NCBI GenBank assembly: GCA_016187745.1
Contig: JACPJC010000006.1
Span: forward strand, 1-64,000
Origin: Candidatus Iainarchaeum sp.
GTDB lineage: Archaea; Iainarchaeota; Iainarchaeia; Iainarchaeales; JAXPJC01
Direction: 5' to 3'
Length of the DNA: 64,000 nt
The position numbers and the translations under genes are program-made. How positions within the stretch are numbered: the stretch's first letter is position 1; the number at the start of each line of letters is the position of its first letter. Shown here piece by piece: positions 52,595 through 60,912 of the stretch. The notes under the pieces are model-generated. The model saw only the letters and a list, made by a program, of their open reading frames with translations, was not told the DNA's origin and did no database searches.

Positions 52595-53058
52595 AAATGT
52601 ACGCCGCAATAATGGTAAGGGGATTGATAGGCGCGAAAAAGGACGCAAAAATGGCGATGAGGCTTATGCGCCTGAACAAGCAGAACCACCTTGTGCTGCT
52701 GCCTGAAAATGATAGCAACAAGGGAACGCTCGAGAAGGTCCAGAGCTATGTTACCTATGGAAAGATTGCGAATGATGTGCTTGCAGGGCTTGTTGAAAAA
52801 TGGGCAAGGCTCATTGGAAATAAGAAAATTGATGCGGAGTTCCTGAAGAAAAACAAGTTCGGGAATTTCAATGAGCTTGCAAATGCTCTTATCGATGGGA
52901 AAACTTCGCTTGCGGAGCTGCAGATAAAGCCGGTGTTCAGGCTGCATGCGCCGAGCAAGGGGTATGAGAGAAAGGGCACAAAAAAGCCTTTTTCACTAGG
53001 GGGCGCGCTTGGCCCGAGGGAGAATGAAATAAACAAATTGATTATGAGGATGATTTAG
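52591..53058 (+). CDS. rpl30: 50S ribosomal protein L30
   Basis: VRG, LMRL, FRLH.P..G, GG.LG.R..IN.L..RM. Confidence 0.94.
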   Translation: MKMYAAIMVRGLIGAKKDAKMAMRLMRLNKQNHLVLLPENDSNKGTLEKVQSYVTYGKIANDVLAGLVEKWARLIGNKKIDAEFLKKNKFGNFNELANALIDGKTSLAELQIKPVFRLHAPSKGYERKGTKKPFSLGGALGPRENEINKLIMRMI

Positions 53059-53143
53059 AATGAAGGAAGGGAATCAGGATTAACCTAAAACTGAAGGGAA
53101 ACCTTGGTTTCCCTGCGGTTTGGATGAGGATGATTTAGAATGA
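53044..53143 (+). mobile_element. 60-bp hairpin insert (family A) flanked by a perfect 20-bp direct repeat
   Basis: atgaggatgatttagaatga at 53044-53063 and 53124-53143; insert homologous to 59069-59131. Confidence 0.7.
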
Positions 53144-53589
53144 CTGTGCGAAAAAGGAAAAGGAAAAACAAGCTGCGCGGTTCGCGCACTTTCGGAACCG
53201 GAAATACCAAGCATAAGCGCGGCTCAGGATGCAGGGGCGGAAAGGGAAGGGCCGGAAGCCACAAGCACAAGTATTCCAAATATTACGATACGTTTGGAGT
53301 AACGCTGAGGCTGAAGCCAAGGAAACTCAAGGGGAATGAAATGAACCTCTGGCAGGTTGATGAAAACATCGAAGGCTGGCTTTCCGGAAAAATGATTGAG
53401 AAGAGCGGCGACGCTTACGTAATTGACTGCAAAAAGCTCGGAATAAGGAAAATACTTTCAAAGGGGAATCTTGCAAGGAAAGTTATCCTGAGGAATGCGC
53501 AGCTAAGCGAAAAGGCAAGGGAAAAAATAATCGCATCAAAGGGAATCATTGAGGAAGCAGGGGAGAAAAAGGAGAAGGGTGAAAAATGA
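53140..53589 (+). CDS. rpl15: 50S ribosomal protein L15
   Basis: RGSRT.G.G..K..RG.G..GG.G.AG..KH. Confidence 0.95.
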   Translation: MTVRKRKRKNKLRGSRTFGTGNTKHKRGSGCRGGKGRAGSHKHKYSKYYDTFGVTLRLKPRKLKGNEMNLWQVDENIEGWLSGKMIEKSGDAYVIDCKKLGIRKILSKGNLARKVILRNAQLSEKAREKIIASKGIIEEAGEKKEKGEK

Positions 53590-54956
53590 GCATCCTTGAT
53601 GTTTTTGAGCCAATTTACAAGCTGCTTCCTGAGGTGAAGAGCCCGGAAGTAAAGCCGGCGCTTAAGCGCAGGCTCATGTGGAGTGCGCTGGCGCTCCTGC
53701 TGTTTTTCATAATGGGCAATATTACTGTCTATGGGATTGACCTTTCAAGAAGCCTGGGGGGCAATCTCGCGGCATTTGAGCTCATACTTGCAAGCAAGAT
53801 TGGAAGCCTTATAACTGTGGGAATAGGCCCGATAGTGCTCGCATCAATCATACTGCAGATGCTTGTGGGGGGCAAAATAATAAACATAGACCTTTCAAAC
53901 CCAAAGGACAGGGCGCGCTTCACGAGCATGCAGAAGCTGTTTGGGATCGTGCTTTGCTTCTTCGAGGCATTTGTATATTCCGCATTCGGGTTTTTGGTTC
54001 CAGATTCGGGAATGCTTCTGCCTGTAATCCTGCAGATAGCATTCGGCGCAATAATCCTGATATATCTGGATGAAGTTGTTTCAAAGTATGGAATAGGCTC
54101 TGGAATCGGATTGTTTATTGCAGGCGGAGTCGCAGGCTCAATAGGATGGCGCATTTTCGCCCCTTACCTTGTCACAAACGTTGGAATAGTTGAGGGCCTG
54201 CTGCTGCAGATTGTTGGGGAGGCGGTGAAGGGAAGCCTGCTCAATGCGTTTGTCCTGTCGGTTCCGATAATATTTGTGATTGTGATTTTTCTCGTGGTTG
54301 TTTTTGCGGAGGGAATGCACGTAAATATCCCGATTACCGTAGGGAGGAGCGGGGCGACATCGCGCTTCCCCGTGAAATTCCTCTATGTGAGCAACCTTCC
54401 AGTTATACTTGCAATGGCGCTGTATGCGAACCTGCAGATGTGGGCGATAGCGGGCGCAAATATCCCAATACTCGGAACAATGCTCGGCGCAGTAAGCTAT
54501 GCAACTGCAATCCCGAGGGTCGGGGGAACAGCGCTCTTTGAGGCGATTTTCCTGCAGGGGCTTTCGGGAATTGTGATTGCTGAAATCCTGCATGCGGTGC
54601 TTTATATTGCGGTCTTTGTTGTCATTTGCGTTGTTTTCGGAAAATTCTGGGTGGAGATGGCAGGGCAGGGGCCTGCGGCAATTTCAGAGCAATTGCAGAA
54701 AGCCGGAATGTCTATTCCTGGATTCAGGAAGGACCCGCGCATCATAAGGCAGATTTTGGATAGGTACATTCCGCCAATTACAATCCTTGGGAGCGCATTT
54801 GTTGCGCTGCTTGCGGGGCTTGCGGATTTGACCGGAGCACTTGGGAGCGGGACGGGAATACTTCTGACTGTTGGAATTGTTTACAGGCTTTATGAGGAAC
54901 TTGCAAGGGAGCAGCTCATGGAAATGCACCCGTTGCTTGGGAGACTTTTCAAATGA
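53586..54956 (+). CDS. secY: Preprotein translocase SecY
   Basis: GIGPIV.ASII.Q, SKYGIGSGIGLFI, YVSN.PVI, IPGFR, SGTGILL. Confidence 0.97.
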   Translation: MSILDVFEPIYKLLPEVKSPEVKPALKRRLMWSALALLLFFIMGNITVYGIDLSRSLGGNLAAFELILASKIGSLITVGIGPIVLASIILQMLVGGKIINIDLSNPKDRARFTSMQKLFGIVLCFFEAFVYSAFGFLVPDSGMLLPVILQIAFGAIILIYLDEVVSKYGIGSGIGLFIAGGVAGSIGWRIFAPYLVTNVGIVEGLLLQIVGEAVKGSLLNAFVLSVPIIFVIVIFLVVVFAEGMHVNIPITVGRSGATSRFPVKFLYVSNLPVILAMALYANLQMWAIAGANIPILGTMLGAVSYATAIPRVGGTALFEAIFLQGLSGIVIAEILHAVLYIAVFVVICVVFGKFWVEMAGQGPAAISEQLQKAGMSIPGFRKDPRIIRQILDRYIPPITILGSAFVALLAGLADLTGALGSGTGILLTVGIVYRLYEELAREQLMEMHPLLGRLFK

Positions 54957-54990
54957 CTAAGTGGAAGTTTGAGGAAACGGAGGGTTTCTG

Positions 54991-55485
54991 ATGTGGCAAC
55001 TGATAAATCCTACAATTGATATTCTGCTGATTTCAATAGGCATAGCTGCGGTATCGCAGCTGTTCCAGATGAAATTTACAGACAGGAAAAAAATGCGAGC
55101 AATGCAGAAGGAAATGAAGGACAAGCAGAAGAGAATGCGCGAGCTTGCGGGAAAAACCGATGCTAACGCGCTTGCGGAAATCAAGAAACTCGAGCAGGAG
55201 ATGATGCATGCGCTCAATGAGAGCATGAAGCACAGCATGGGCAGCATGATAAAGCTTATGCCGCTTACAGTAATTTTCCTGTTTGTTTACTGGCTGCTTG
55301 GCAGCGCCTATGGGAGCAGCGCGGTGCCAACGCTTTTCCCAATAAGCATAGTCAAGCCCGCAATGGGCTGGATATGGTGGTATGTGATATGCGTATTTAT
55401 AGCAAGCATTGTAATAAGCGCATTAACGAATGCTGTTGAGAACAGGATGGAATCAAAAGCGCAGGGAGTTGCAAAAAATGGTTGA
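54991..55485 (+). CDS. EMC3/TMCO1 (DUF106) family membrane insertase
   Basis: TM-coiled coil-TM-GWIWWY-TM; conserved position after secY. Confidence 0.88.
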   Translation: MWQLINPTIDILLISIGIAAVSQLFQMKFTDRKKMRAMQKEMKDKQKRMRELAGKTDANALAEIKKLEQEMMHALNESMKHSMGSMIKLMPLTVIFLFVYWLLGSAYGSSAVPTLFPISIVKPAMGWIWWYVICVFIASIVISALTNAVENRMESKAQGVAKNG

Positions 55486-55819
55486 ACCTAAGAAAAGGAA
55501 TATGAAAAGGCGCTATGTGAGGACCTCGGGCGGAGTGGTAAGGCTGCATTTCGGAAAGCGCAAGTCCTCAAAGCACGAATGCGCGCTTTGCGGAAGGACA
55601 ATGCACGGGATGCTCCACGGCTCGGGAATAAGCGAGGCGCATGATGCGGCAAAGACGGAAAAAAGGCCAAGCGCACTGCTCGCAGGCGCATTATGCAACA
55701 AATGCAGGGCAGTGGCAACAGAAGAGGCGATAAAAGTAAAGCACGGAATAAAGCCGATTGATGAGGTTGATCTGGGCTTCAGGAAATACGCTGAAATGAT
55801 AATGAAGAGGATTGAGTGA
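55478..55819 (+). CDS. rpl34e: 50S ribosomal protein L34e
   Basis: VRT.GG, CALCG..L/M.G, KRP....G.LC..C. Confidence 0.92.
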   Translation: MVEPKKRNMKRRYVRTSGGVVRLHFGKRKSSKHECALCGRTMHGMLHGSGISEAHDAAKTEKRPSALLAGALCNKCRAVATEEAIKVKHGIKPIDEVDLGFRKYAEMIMKRIE

Positions 55820-55821
55820 AT

Positions 55822-56298
55822 ATGATAGTAACAATATCGGGCCTGCCGGGAACGGATGCAAGGGAGATCTGCAAGCAGATAGCGCTTGAATTCAACCTGC
55901 AGTATGTTTCCCTTGAGCAGATAGGAAAGGGGATTGCGCTTCCGGGCAATGCCGCAAGGATTTCAGAAATGCTCAAGGCGGCAGTGCGCAGGAAAAACTG
56001 CATAGTGGAGCATGCGCTCGCGGGAATAATGCTCAGCAATGCGGATGCGAAGGTCTTCCTGCTTTCATTCAGGCTCAACAGGGCGAGGATGCTTTCCAAG
56101 CGCGAAAAAATAGAATTCGATGCCGCGCTCGGAAAAATCGAGGGCGAAGAGGAAATCCTGGGGAAAATCGCATCAGACGAACTTGGGATTGGAATGGACA
56201 GCCTTAATCCCTATGACCTTGTGCTTAACTCTGACAAAATCGGCAGCAATGATGCGGCGGAGCTAATAAAGAATTACATAAAGAGGGCCGTTGCATAA
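55822..56298 (+). CDS. cmk: Cytidylate kinase-like protein with degenerate P-loop
   Basis: IVTISGLPG, YDLVLNS; conserved L34e-cmk-L14e order; GKT replaced by DAR. Confidence 0.75.
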   Translation: MIVTISGLPGTDAREICKQIALEFNLQYVSLEQIGKGIALPGNAARISEMLKAAVRRKNCIVEHALAGIMLSNADAKVFLLSFRLNRARMLSKREKIEFDAALGKIEGEEEILGKIASDELGIGMDSLNPYDLVLNSDKIGSNDAAELIKNYIKRAVA

Positions 56299-56317
56299 AT
56301 TTTAGGGAGGGAAAAAA

Positions 56318-56539
56318 ATGCCTGCGCTTGAAGTTGGAAGAATCTGCGTGAAAACGCGCGGAAGGAATGCCGGAAAGAGGGTAGCAATAGTGGAAATGCA
56401 GAAGAATTTTGCGGTAATTGACGCGCCGAACATGAAGAGGAAGCGCTGCAACATCCTGCACCTGATTCCGCTTGAGGAGAAGATTGATGTGAACAAGGGC
56501 ACAAGCCATGAGGAAATTGCAAAAATTATGAAAAAATAG
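56318..56539 (+). CDS. rpl14e: 50S ribosomal protein L14e
   Basis: GRICVK..GR.AG, KRK.CN..HL. Confidence 0.94.
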   Translation: MPALEVGRICVKTRGRNAGKRVAIVEMQKNFAVIDAPNMKRKRCNILHLIPLEEKIDVNKGTSHEEIAKIMKK

Positions 56540-56569
56540 TGGAAAATAGTTTGTGTTTTTAAATAGAAT

Positions 56570-57133
56570 ATGGGGAAAATTAATATGGTTGAAGGAAAAA
56601 TTGCAGAAAATCCGGATGAAATCCGCTATATTGTCAGGATTGTCGGAAAGGACCTTAACGGCCTTTCCCCAATATGGCATGCGCTTCTTGGAATAAAGGG
56701 GATAGGGCAGAGAATGGCAATAATGATGGCAAGGGCATTTGAAAGCAGGACAGGAATCGGATATGATGCTAAGCTCGGGGAGATTCCAGAGGACAAGCAC
56801 AAGGTGCTTGAGGATATTGTGATGCACCCGGGGAATTATGGCATTCCCTCCTGGGCATTCAACAGGGGGAAGGATATTGAGAGCGGGAAAGACATGCATC
56901 TCGTAATGTCGGAGCTTGATTTTTCATTGCGCAATGACTTGCAGAGGCTGAGGGAAATAAAGACCTACAGGGGGATGAGGCACACCTGGGGGCTTCCGGT
57001 AAGGGGCGGAAAAACAAGGACAAGGGCAAGGAAGCGCGGCGTTTCCGTCGGAGTGGAGAAGAAGGCTGCAAAGGCCGCAATGGCCCCGAAGGCCGGGGAA
57101 AAGGCAGAGGCAAAAGAGGAAAAAAAGAAGTGA
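56570..57133 (+). CDS. rps13: 30S ribosomal protein S13
   Basis: IKGIG, P.W..NR.KD, YRG.RH..GLPVRG..T. Confidence 0.96.
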   Translation: MGKINMVEGKIAENPDEIRYIVRIVGKDLNGLSPIWHALLGIKGIGQRMAIMMARAFESRTGIGYDAKLGEIPEDKHKVLEDIVMHPGNYGIPSWAFNRGKDIESGKDMHLVMSELDFSLRNDLQRLREIKTYRGMRHTWGLPVRGGKTRTRARKRGVSVGVEKKAAKAAMAPKAGEKAEAKEEKKK

Positions 57134-57139
57134 TGAACA

Positions 57140-57748
57140 ATGGGCGATCCTAAAAGGGCCGAAAGGCAGTATGAAATTCCCAGGAAGCACTGGGATCTTG
57201 CCATAATAGAGAATGAGCGCAAGACCATGGAGACCTATGGCCTGAAAAACAAGCGCGAGCTGCACCACCTGCAGGCGATTGTAAAGACCAAAAGGCACAA
57301 TGCGAGAAGTTTGCTTGCGCTTTCCGCGGAACAGCGCGTGAAAAGGCAGTCCGAACTTCTTAAAAGCCTTGAGAGAATAGGATTGCTGCCGGAGCATGCT
57401 ACGCTTGATGATGTTTTGGTTCTTTCAATTGAGGAATTGCTCGAAAGGCGCCTCCAAACTGTAGTGTGGAGGAAAGGGCTTGCAAATACGATAGGGCAGG
57501 CAAGGCAGTTCATAGTGCACGGGCATATTGCGGTTAACGGCAGAAAAATTGACCGGCCGGGCTACATAGTTTCAAAAGGCGAGGAAGAAAAGGTCGCATA
57601 TTATGGGAAGCAAATGCAGCTTGCGGCAAAGGAAAAGGTTGAGGAAATTAAAAAAGGGCAGGATGCGGAGGCGCAGGGAACTGAGGAAGCGGAAGCCGCA
57701 TCGGGGGAAACTGCCGAAGAGGCAATAAATATGGAAGAGGCGTCTTAA
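57140..57748 (+). CDS. rps4: 30S ribosomal protein S4
   Basis: [28 protein letters not shown]. Confidence 0.96.
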   Translation: MGDPKRAERQYEIPRKHWDLAIIENERKTMETYGLKNKRELHHLQAIVKTKRHNARSLLALSAEQRVKRQSELLKSLERIGLLPEHATLDDVLVLSIEELLERRLQTVVWRKGLANTIGQARQFIVHGHIAVNGRKIDRPGYIVSKGEEEKVAYYGKQMQLAAKEKVEEIKKGQDAEAQGTEEAEAASGETAEEAINMEEAS

Positions 57749-57749
57749 A

Positions 57750-58142
57750 ATGAGCGATGAGGAAAAGCGCGGGATTCTGCACATATATGCGAGCCATAAC
57801 AACACGATTCTCCTGCTTACTGATGTGAGCGGCGCGGAAACAATTGCAAAATGCTCCGGGGGAATAGTTGTAAAGGCGCAGCACAAGGAGGCTTCTCCGT
57901 ATGCGGCAATGAAGGTTGCGGAGGTTGTTGCGGAGAAGGCAAGGGAGCGCGGAATCAGGTTCATTGATGTCAAGGTGAGGGCATCCGGAGGCACAAAGCT
58001 AAAATCCCCGGGTCCGGGGGCTGAAGCCGCAATCCGCTCGCTGACAAGGCAGGGGCTTATAATAAGGAACATTGAGAATGTAACTCCGATGCCGCATGAC
58101 GGGACAAGAAGGAAAAGGAAATACAGGAGCAAAAAAAAGTAA
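57750..58142 (+). CDS. rps11: 30S ribosomal protein S11
   Basis: S.NNT, SPYAAM, PGPGA..A.R, VTP.PHDG. Confidence 0.96.
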   Translation: MSDEEKRGILHIYASHNNTILLLTDVSGAETIAKCSGGIVVKAQHKEASPYAAMKVAEVVAEKARERGIRFIDVKVRASGGTKLKSPGPGAEAAIRSLTRQGLIIRNIENVTPMPHDGTRRKRKYRSKKK

Positions 58143-58196
58143 ATATTAATTTTTCCTGAAAGAAGGGAAATTAATAAGAAACCGGAGGTTTCTTAT

Positions 58197-58946
58197 ATGG
58201 ATGTAAAAAAAATTGCACAGAAGGAAAATACCCTTAAATTCCTTGTAAGGGGGGTAAATTCCGAATTTGCGAATTCCCTGCGCAGGGCAATAATGGCTGA
58301 TGTGCCCATACTTGCGATAGAGGATGTTTCAGTATATGAAAATTCCTCAATATTATATGATGAGTTCCTTACCCAGAGGCTTGCATTGATTCCATTGACA
58401 ACAGATTTGAAAACATACAAGAAGGGTGAATCCGCTAAAATGAGCATCGATAAGGAAGGGCCCTGCACGGTCTATTCAAAGGACATAAAATGCAGCGATC
58501 CGAAAATTGAGGTAGCGGACAAGCGCATTCCGATTGTCAAATTGCTGAAGGACCAGAAATTAAAGCTTGAGATGAAGGCAGTAATGGGCTTCGGGAAGGA
58601 GCATGCGAAATGGCAGCCTGCGGTTGTTTCCTACAGGCAGCTTGCAACAATAAGCATTGGGAAGGACTGCGACCTGTGCGGGAAATGCATTGAGAACTGC
58701 GCAAAGAAGCTTCTGGAGGCAAAGGCAAAGAAGATTGTCCTGGAAACGCCGATTGAATGCGATTTGTGCGGAAAATGCAGGGATGTGTGCAACCTGCAGC
58801 AGCTTGCGATAGAATACAGCAAGGATGATTTTTTGTTCACTGTGGAAAGCCACGGGGCCCTTGAGGCCTCTGAAATAGTGGAAAAGGCTGCGGAAATCCT
58901 GAAAGACAGGAATTCGGACTTCAGGAAGGAGATTAAAAAATTATAA
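58197..58946 (+). CDS. rpoD: RNA polymerase subunit D (Rpo3) with ferredoxin-like domain
   Basis: FAN.LRR, YDE...RL.LIP, G.G.EHAKW; two C-x2-C-x2-C-x3-C motifs. Confidence 0.96.
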   Translation: MDVKKIAQKENTLKFLVRGVNSEFANSLRRAIMADVPILAIEDVSVYENSSILYDEFLTQRLALIPLTTDLKTYKKGESAKMSIDKEGPCTVYSKDIKCSDPKIEVADKRIPIVKLLKDQKLKLEMKAVMGFGKEHAKWQPAVVSYRQLATISIGKDCDLCGKCIENCAKKLLEAKAKKIVLETPIECDLCGKCRDVCNLQQLAIEYSKDDFLFTVESHGALEASEIVEKAAEILKDRNSDFRKEIKKL

Positions 58947-59034
58947 CATTACAATCAGAAACTGCGTTTCCGATACCTTCCTTTGTTTCAAGGGAAACTC
59001 GGACGAGGAGATTAATAAATTATAACATTACAAT
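58927..59034 (+). mobile_element. 50-bp insert (contains family B hairpin, minus orientation) flanked by a 29-bp direct repeat of the rpoD 3' end
   Basis: aggagattaaWaaattataacattacaat at 58927-58955 and 59006-59034 (1 mismatch). Confidence 0.65.
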
Positions 59035-59055
59035 TATTATGGGAAAGCCCGGTGG

Positions 59056-59130
59056 AATCCTGAACCTTAAGGGAAAGGGTCAGGATTAGCCTAAAACTGG
59101 GGAAAACCGTAGGTTTTCCGCGGTTTGGAT
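59056..59130 (+). repeat. Two-hairpin element (family A), second copy, abutting tRNA-Leu
   Basis: AATCCTGA/TCAGGATT stem; AAACTG-GGAAAACC-GTA-GGTTTTCC-CGGTTT stem; homologous to 53064-53125. Confidence 0.75.
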
Positions 59131-59272
59131 GCAGGGGTACCCAAGCGGCCAAAGGGGCAGGTGAGTTTTGATTTGAAAAAAACAAAATTCTGCCAAACTT
59201 AAGGTCTCTTGAAAAAAGGATGGGAAATCCTGTGGCTTAGTGCCTTCAAGGGTTCAAATCCCTTCCCCTGCA
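59131..59272 (+). tRNA. tRNA-Leu(TAA) with two introns (59162-59196 at 30/31; 59204-59226 at 37/38)
   Basis: GCAGGGG/CCCCTGC; after removing both introns the anticodon arm reads CAGGA-CTTAAGA-TCCTG; long variable arm; both introns have BHB motifs; canonical rpoD-tRNA-Leu-L18e position. Confidence 0.88.
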
Positions 59273-59397
59273 CACCAATCCCTTTTCTTTTAGGAAAAGA
59301 AAAGATCTGGGTTTTACCCCAAAAGAAAATAAAAAATAAAATTCAGGGAAAGAGAAAATAATTTTCGGAAAAAAAATAAAAAATCGGGAATGAGAAA

Positions 59398-59766
59398 ATG
59401 AAAGTTACAGGGCCTACGGAACTCGGAACTCAGGTTCTTATAAGAAGGCTTGAGAAGCTCGGAAAAAGCAGCGGGCAGGCCATGTGGCTTGACCTTGCGG
59501 AAAGGCTGGGAAAGCCGCGCAGGATAAGGCCTTCGGTTAATTTGTGGAAGCTCGGGAAAATGGCAAAGAAATTCCCGGGAAAAACATTGCTTGTTCCGGG
59601 GAAGGTGCTTGGCTCGGGCTCGCTGGATTCCGCGCTTTCAATATGCGCGCTTGAATTTTCCGCTGGCGCAATGAAAAAAATCTCCGGGCACAAGGGAAAG
59701 GCGCTGACGCTGGATGAATTCGTAGGAAAGCCCGCAGATGCGAAGGACATTGCAATAATAAAGTGA
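59398..59766 (+). CDS. rpl18e: 50S ribosomal protein L18e
   Basis: W...A..L..P.R....VN..K, VPGKVLG.G, FS..A..KI. Confidence 0.95.
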   Translation: MKVTGPTELGTQVLIRRLEKLGKSSGQAMWLDLAERLGKPRRIRPSVNLWKLGKMAKKFPGKTLLVPGKVLGSGSLDSALSICALEFSAGAMKKISGHKGKALTLDEFVGKPADAKDIAIIK

Positions 59767-59771
59767 TTTTT

Positions 59772-60197
59772 ATGACAACAATAAATGCAGAAAACCTGAT
59801 TCTGGGAAAGCTTGCGACAAATGTTGCAAAGCGCCTTATTTCAGGGGAAACCATAGCCATTGCAAACGCGGAAAAATCCGTAATGCTCGGGACAAAAGAG
59901 GCAAAGGCATACAAGTTCAAGGTGAGGCTGGGAATCGCGTACAAGGGGATGCCTGAGCGCGGGCCGAAATACTCGAACAGGCCTGAAACCATAATGAGAT
60001 ATGCAATAAGGGGCATGCTGCCAATGGAAAGGGCCTCGGGGAGGGATGCATTCAGAAGGCTGAAGGTTTATTCAGGCCTGCCAATGGAGCTTAAGGACAG
60101 GAATTTAAAAACAGTTCCTGATGCAAAGTGTAAAAGCGACAGGTTTGTTTATCTGGAAGAGGTTTGCAAGCATCTGGGATATGAGGCGAAAGCATGA
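59772..60197 (+). CDS. rpl13: 50S ribosomal protein L13
   Basis: ILG.LA..VAK, NAE, IRGMLP, RL.VY.G.P. Confidence 0.95.
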   Translation: MTTINAENLILGKLATNVAKRLISGETIAIANAEKSVMLGTKEAKAYKFKVRLGIAYKGMPERGPKYSNRPETIMRYAIRGMLPMERASGRDAFRRLKVYSGLPMELKDRNLKTVPDAKCKSDRFVYLEEVCKHLGYEAKA

Positions 60198-60628
60198 GCG
60201 CGGAGCAGAAGGCATCAAAAAAGGCAAGGCGCAAGGGCGTTGTAACAAAGGCAAGGCGCAAGACCGCAATAGCGCACGCCATTCTCAGAAAGGGCACCGG
60301 GAAAATAAGGGTGAACAGGATGCTCCTTGGAATTGTGCAGCCAAGGTATGTGCAATTGCTCATAAAGGAGCCTATAACACTTGCGGGGGAGCTTGCAAAT
60401 GACATTGATGTTGATGTAAGCGTAAAGGGCTCGGGGCAGATGGCGCAGGCGGTTGCCGCGCGCGGAGCAATAGCAAAGGCGCTGGTCGCATACACCAATA
60501 GCCCTAAGCTTAAAAAGGAATTCCTGGATTACAACAGGATGCTTATTGTTGATGACATAAGGCAGACCGAGCCCAAGAAGCCTTTGGGAAAAGGCGCAAG
60601 GGCAAAGAAGCAGAAATCAAAGAGATGA
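60194..60628 (+). CDS. rps9: 30S ribosomal protein S9
   Basis: RKTA.A, G.G..RVN, D.R..EPKK..G.GAR.K.QKS.R. Confidence 0.96.
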   Translation: MSAEQKASKKARRKGVVTKARRKTAIAHAILRKGTGKIRVNRMLLGIVQPRYVQLLIKEPITLAGELANDIDVDVSVKGSGQMAQAVAARGAIAKALVAYTNSPKLKKEFLDYNRMLIVDDIRQTEPKKPLGKGARAKKQKSKR

Positions 60629-60679
60629 CAAACATGGGGTTAATAAGGGCATTATGCCATTATAGCAGAAATCAAAGAG
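60609..60679 (+). repeat. 16-bp direct repeat of the rps9 3' end flanking a short hairpin
   Basis: agcagaaatcaaagag at 60609-60624 and 60664-60679. Confidence 0.7.
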
Positions 60680-60700
60680 GTAAAATTCAGAGGTGAAAAA

Positions 60701-60898
60701 ATGATTGTTCCGGTAAGATGCTTTTCATGCGGGAAGGTTCTCGCTGGCATGTATGACGAGTATCTGCAGCGCATAAGAAAGGGGGAAAGCGCGCAGAAGG
60801 TCATGGATGCTTTGGGAATAGAAAGATACTGCTGCAGGCGCACTATTTTCGCGCATGTTGATTTGATGGATGAGATGCTTAAATTCCCAAGGCAGTAG
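60701..60898 (+). CDS. rpoN: RNA polymerase subunit N (Rpo10)
   Basis: PVRCFSCGK, LGI.RYCCRR. Confidence 0.97.
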   Translation: MIVPVRCFSCGKVLAGMYDEYLQRIRKGESAQKVMDALGIERYCCRRTIFAHVDLMDEMLKFPRQ

Positions 60899-60912
60899 AT
60901 GGAGTTGCAATA

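Noticed and set aside
53044-60679. Repeat-spacer-repeat units as mini-CRISPR arrays
   Set aside because: Each repeat differs and derives from the local gene end; only two copies each; no cas genes
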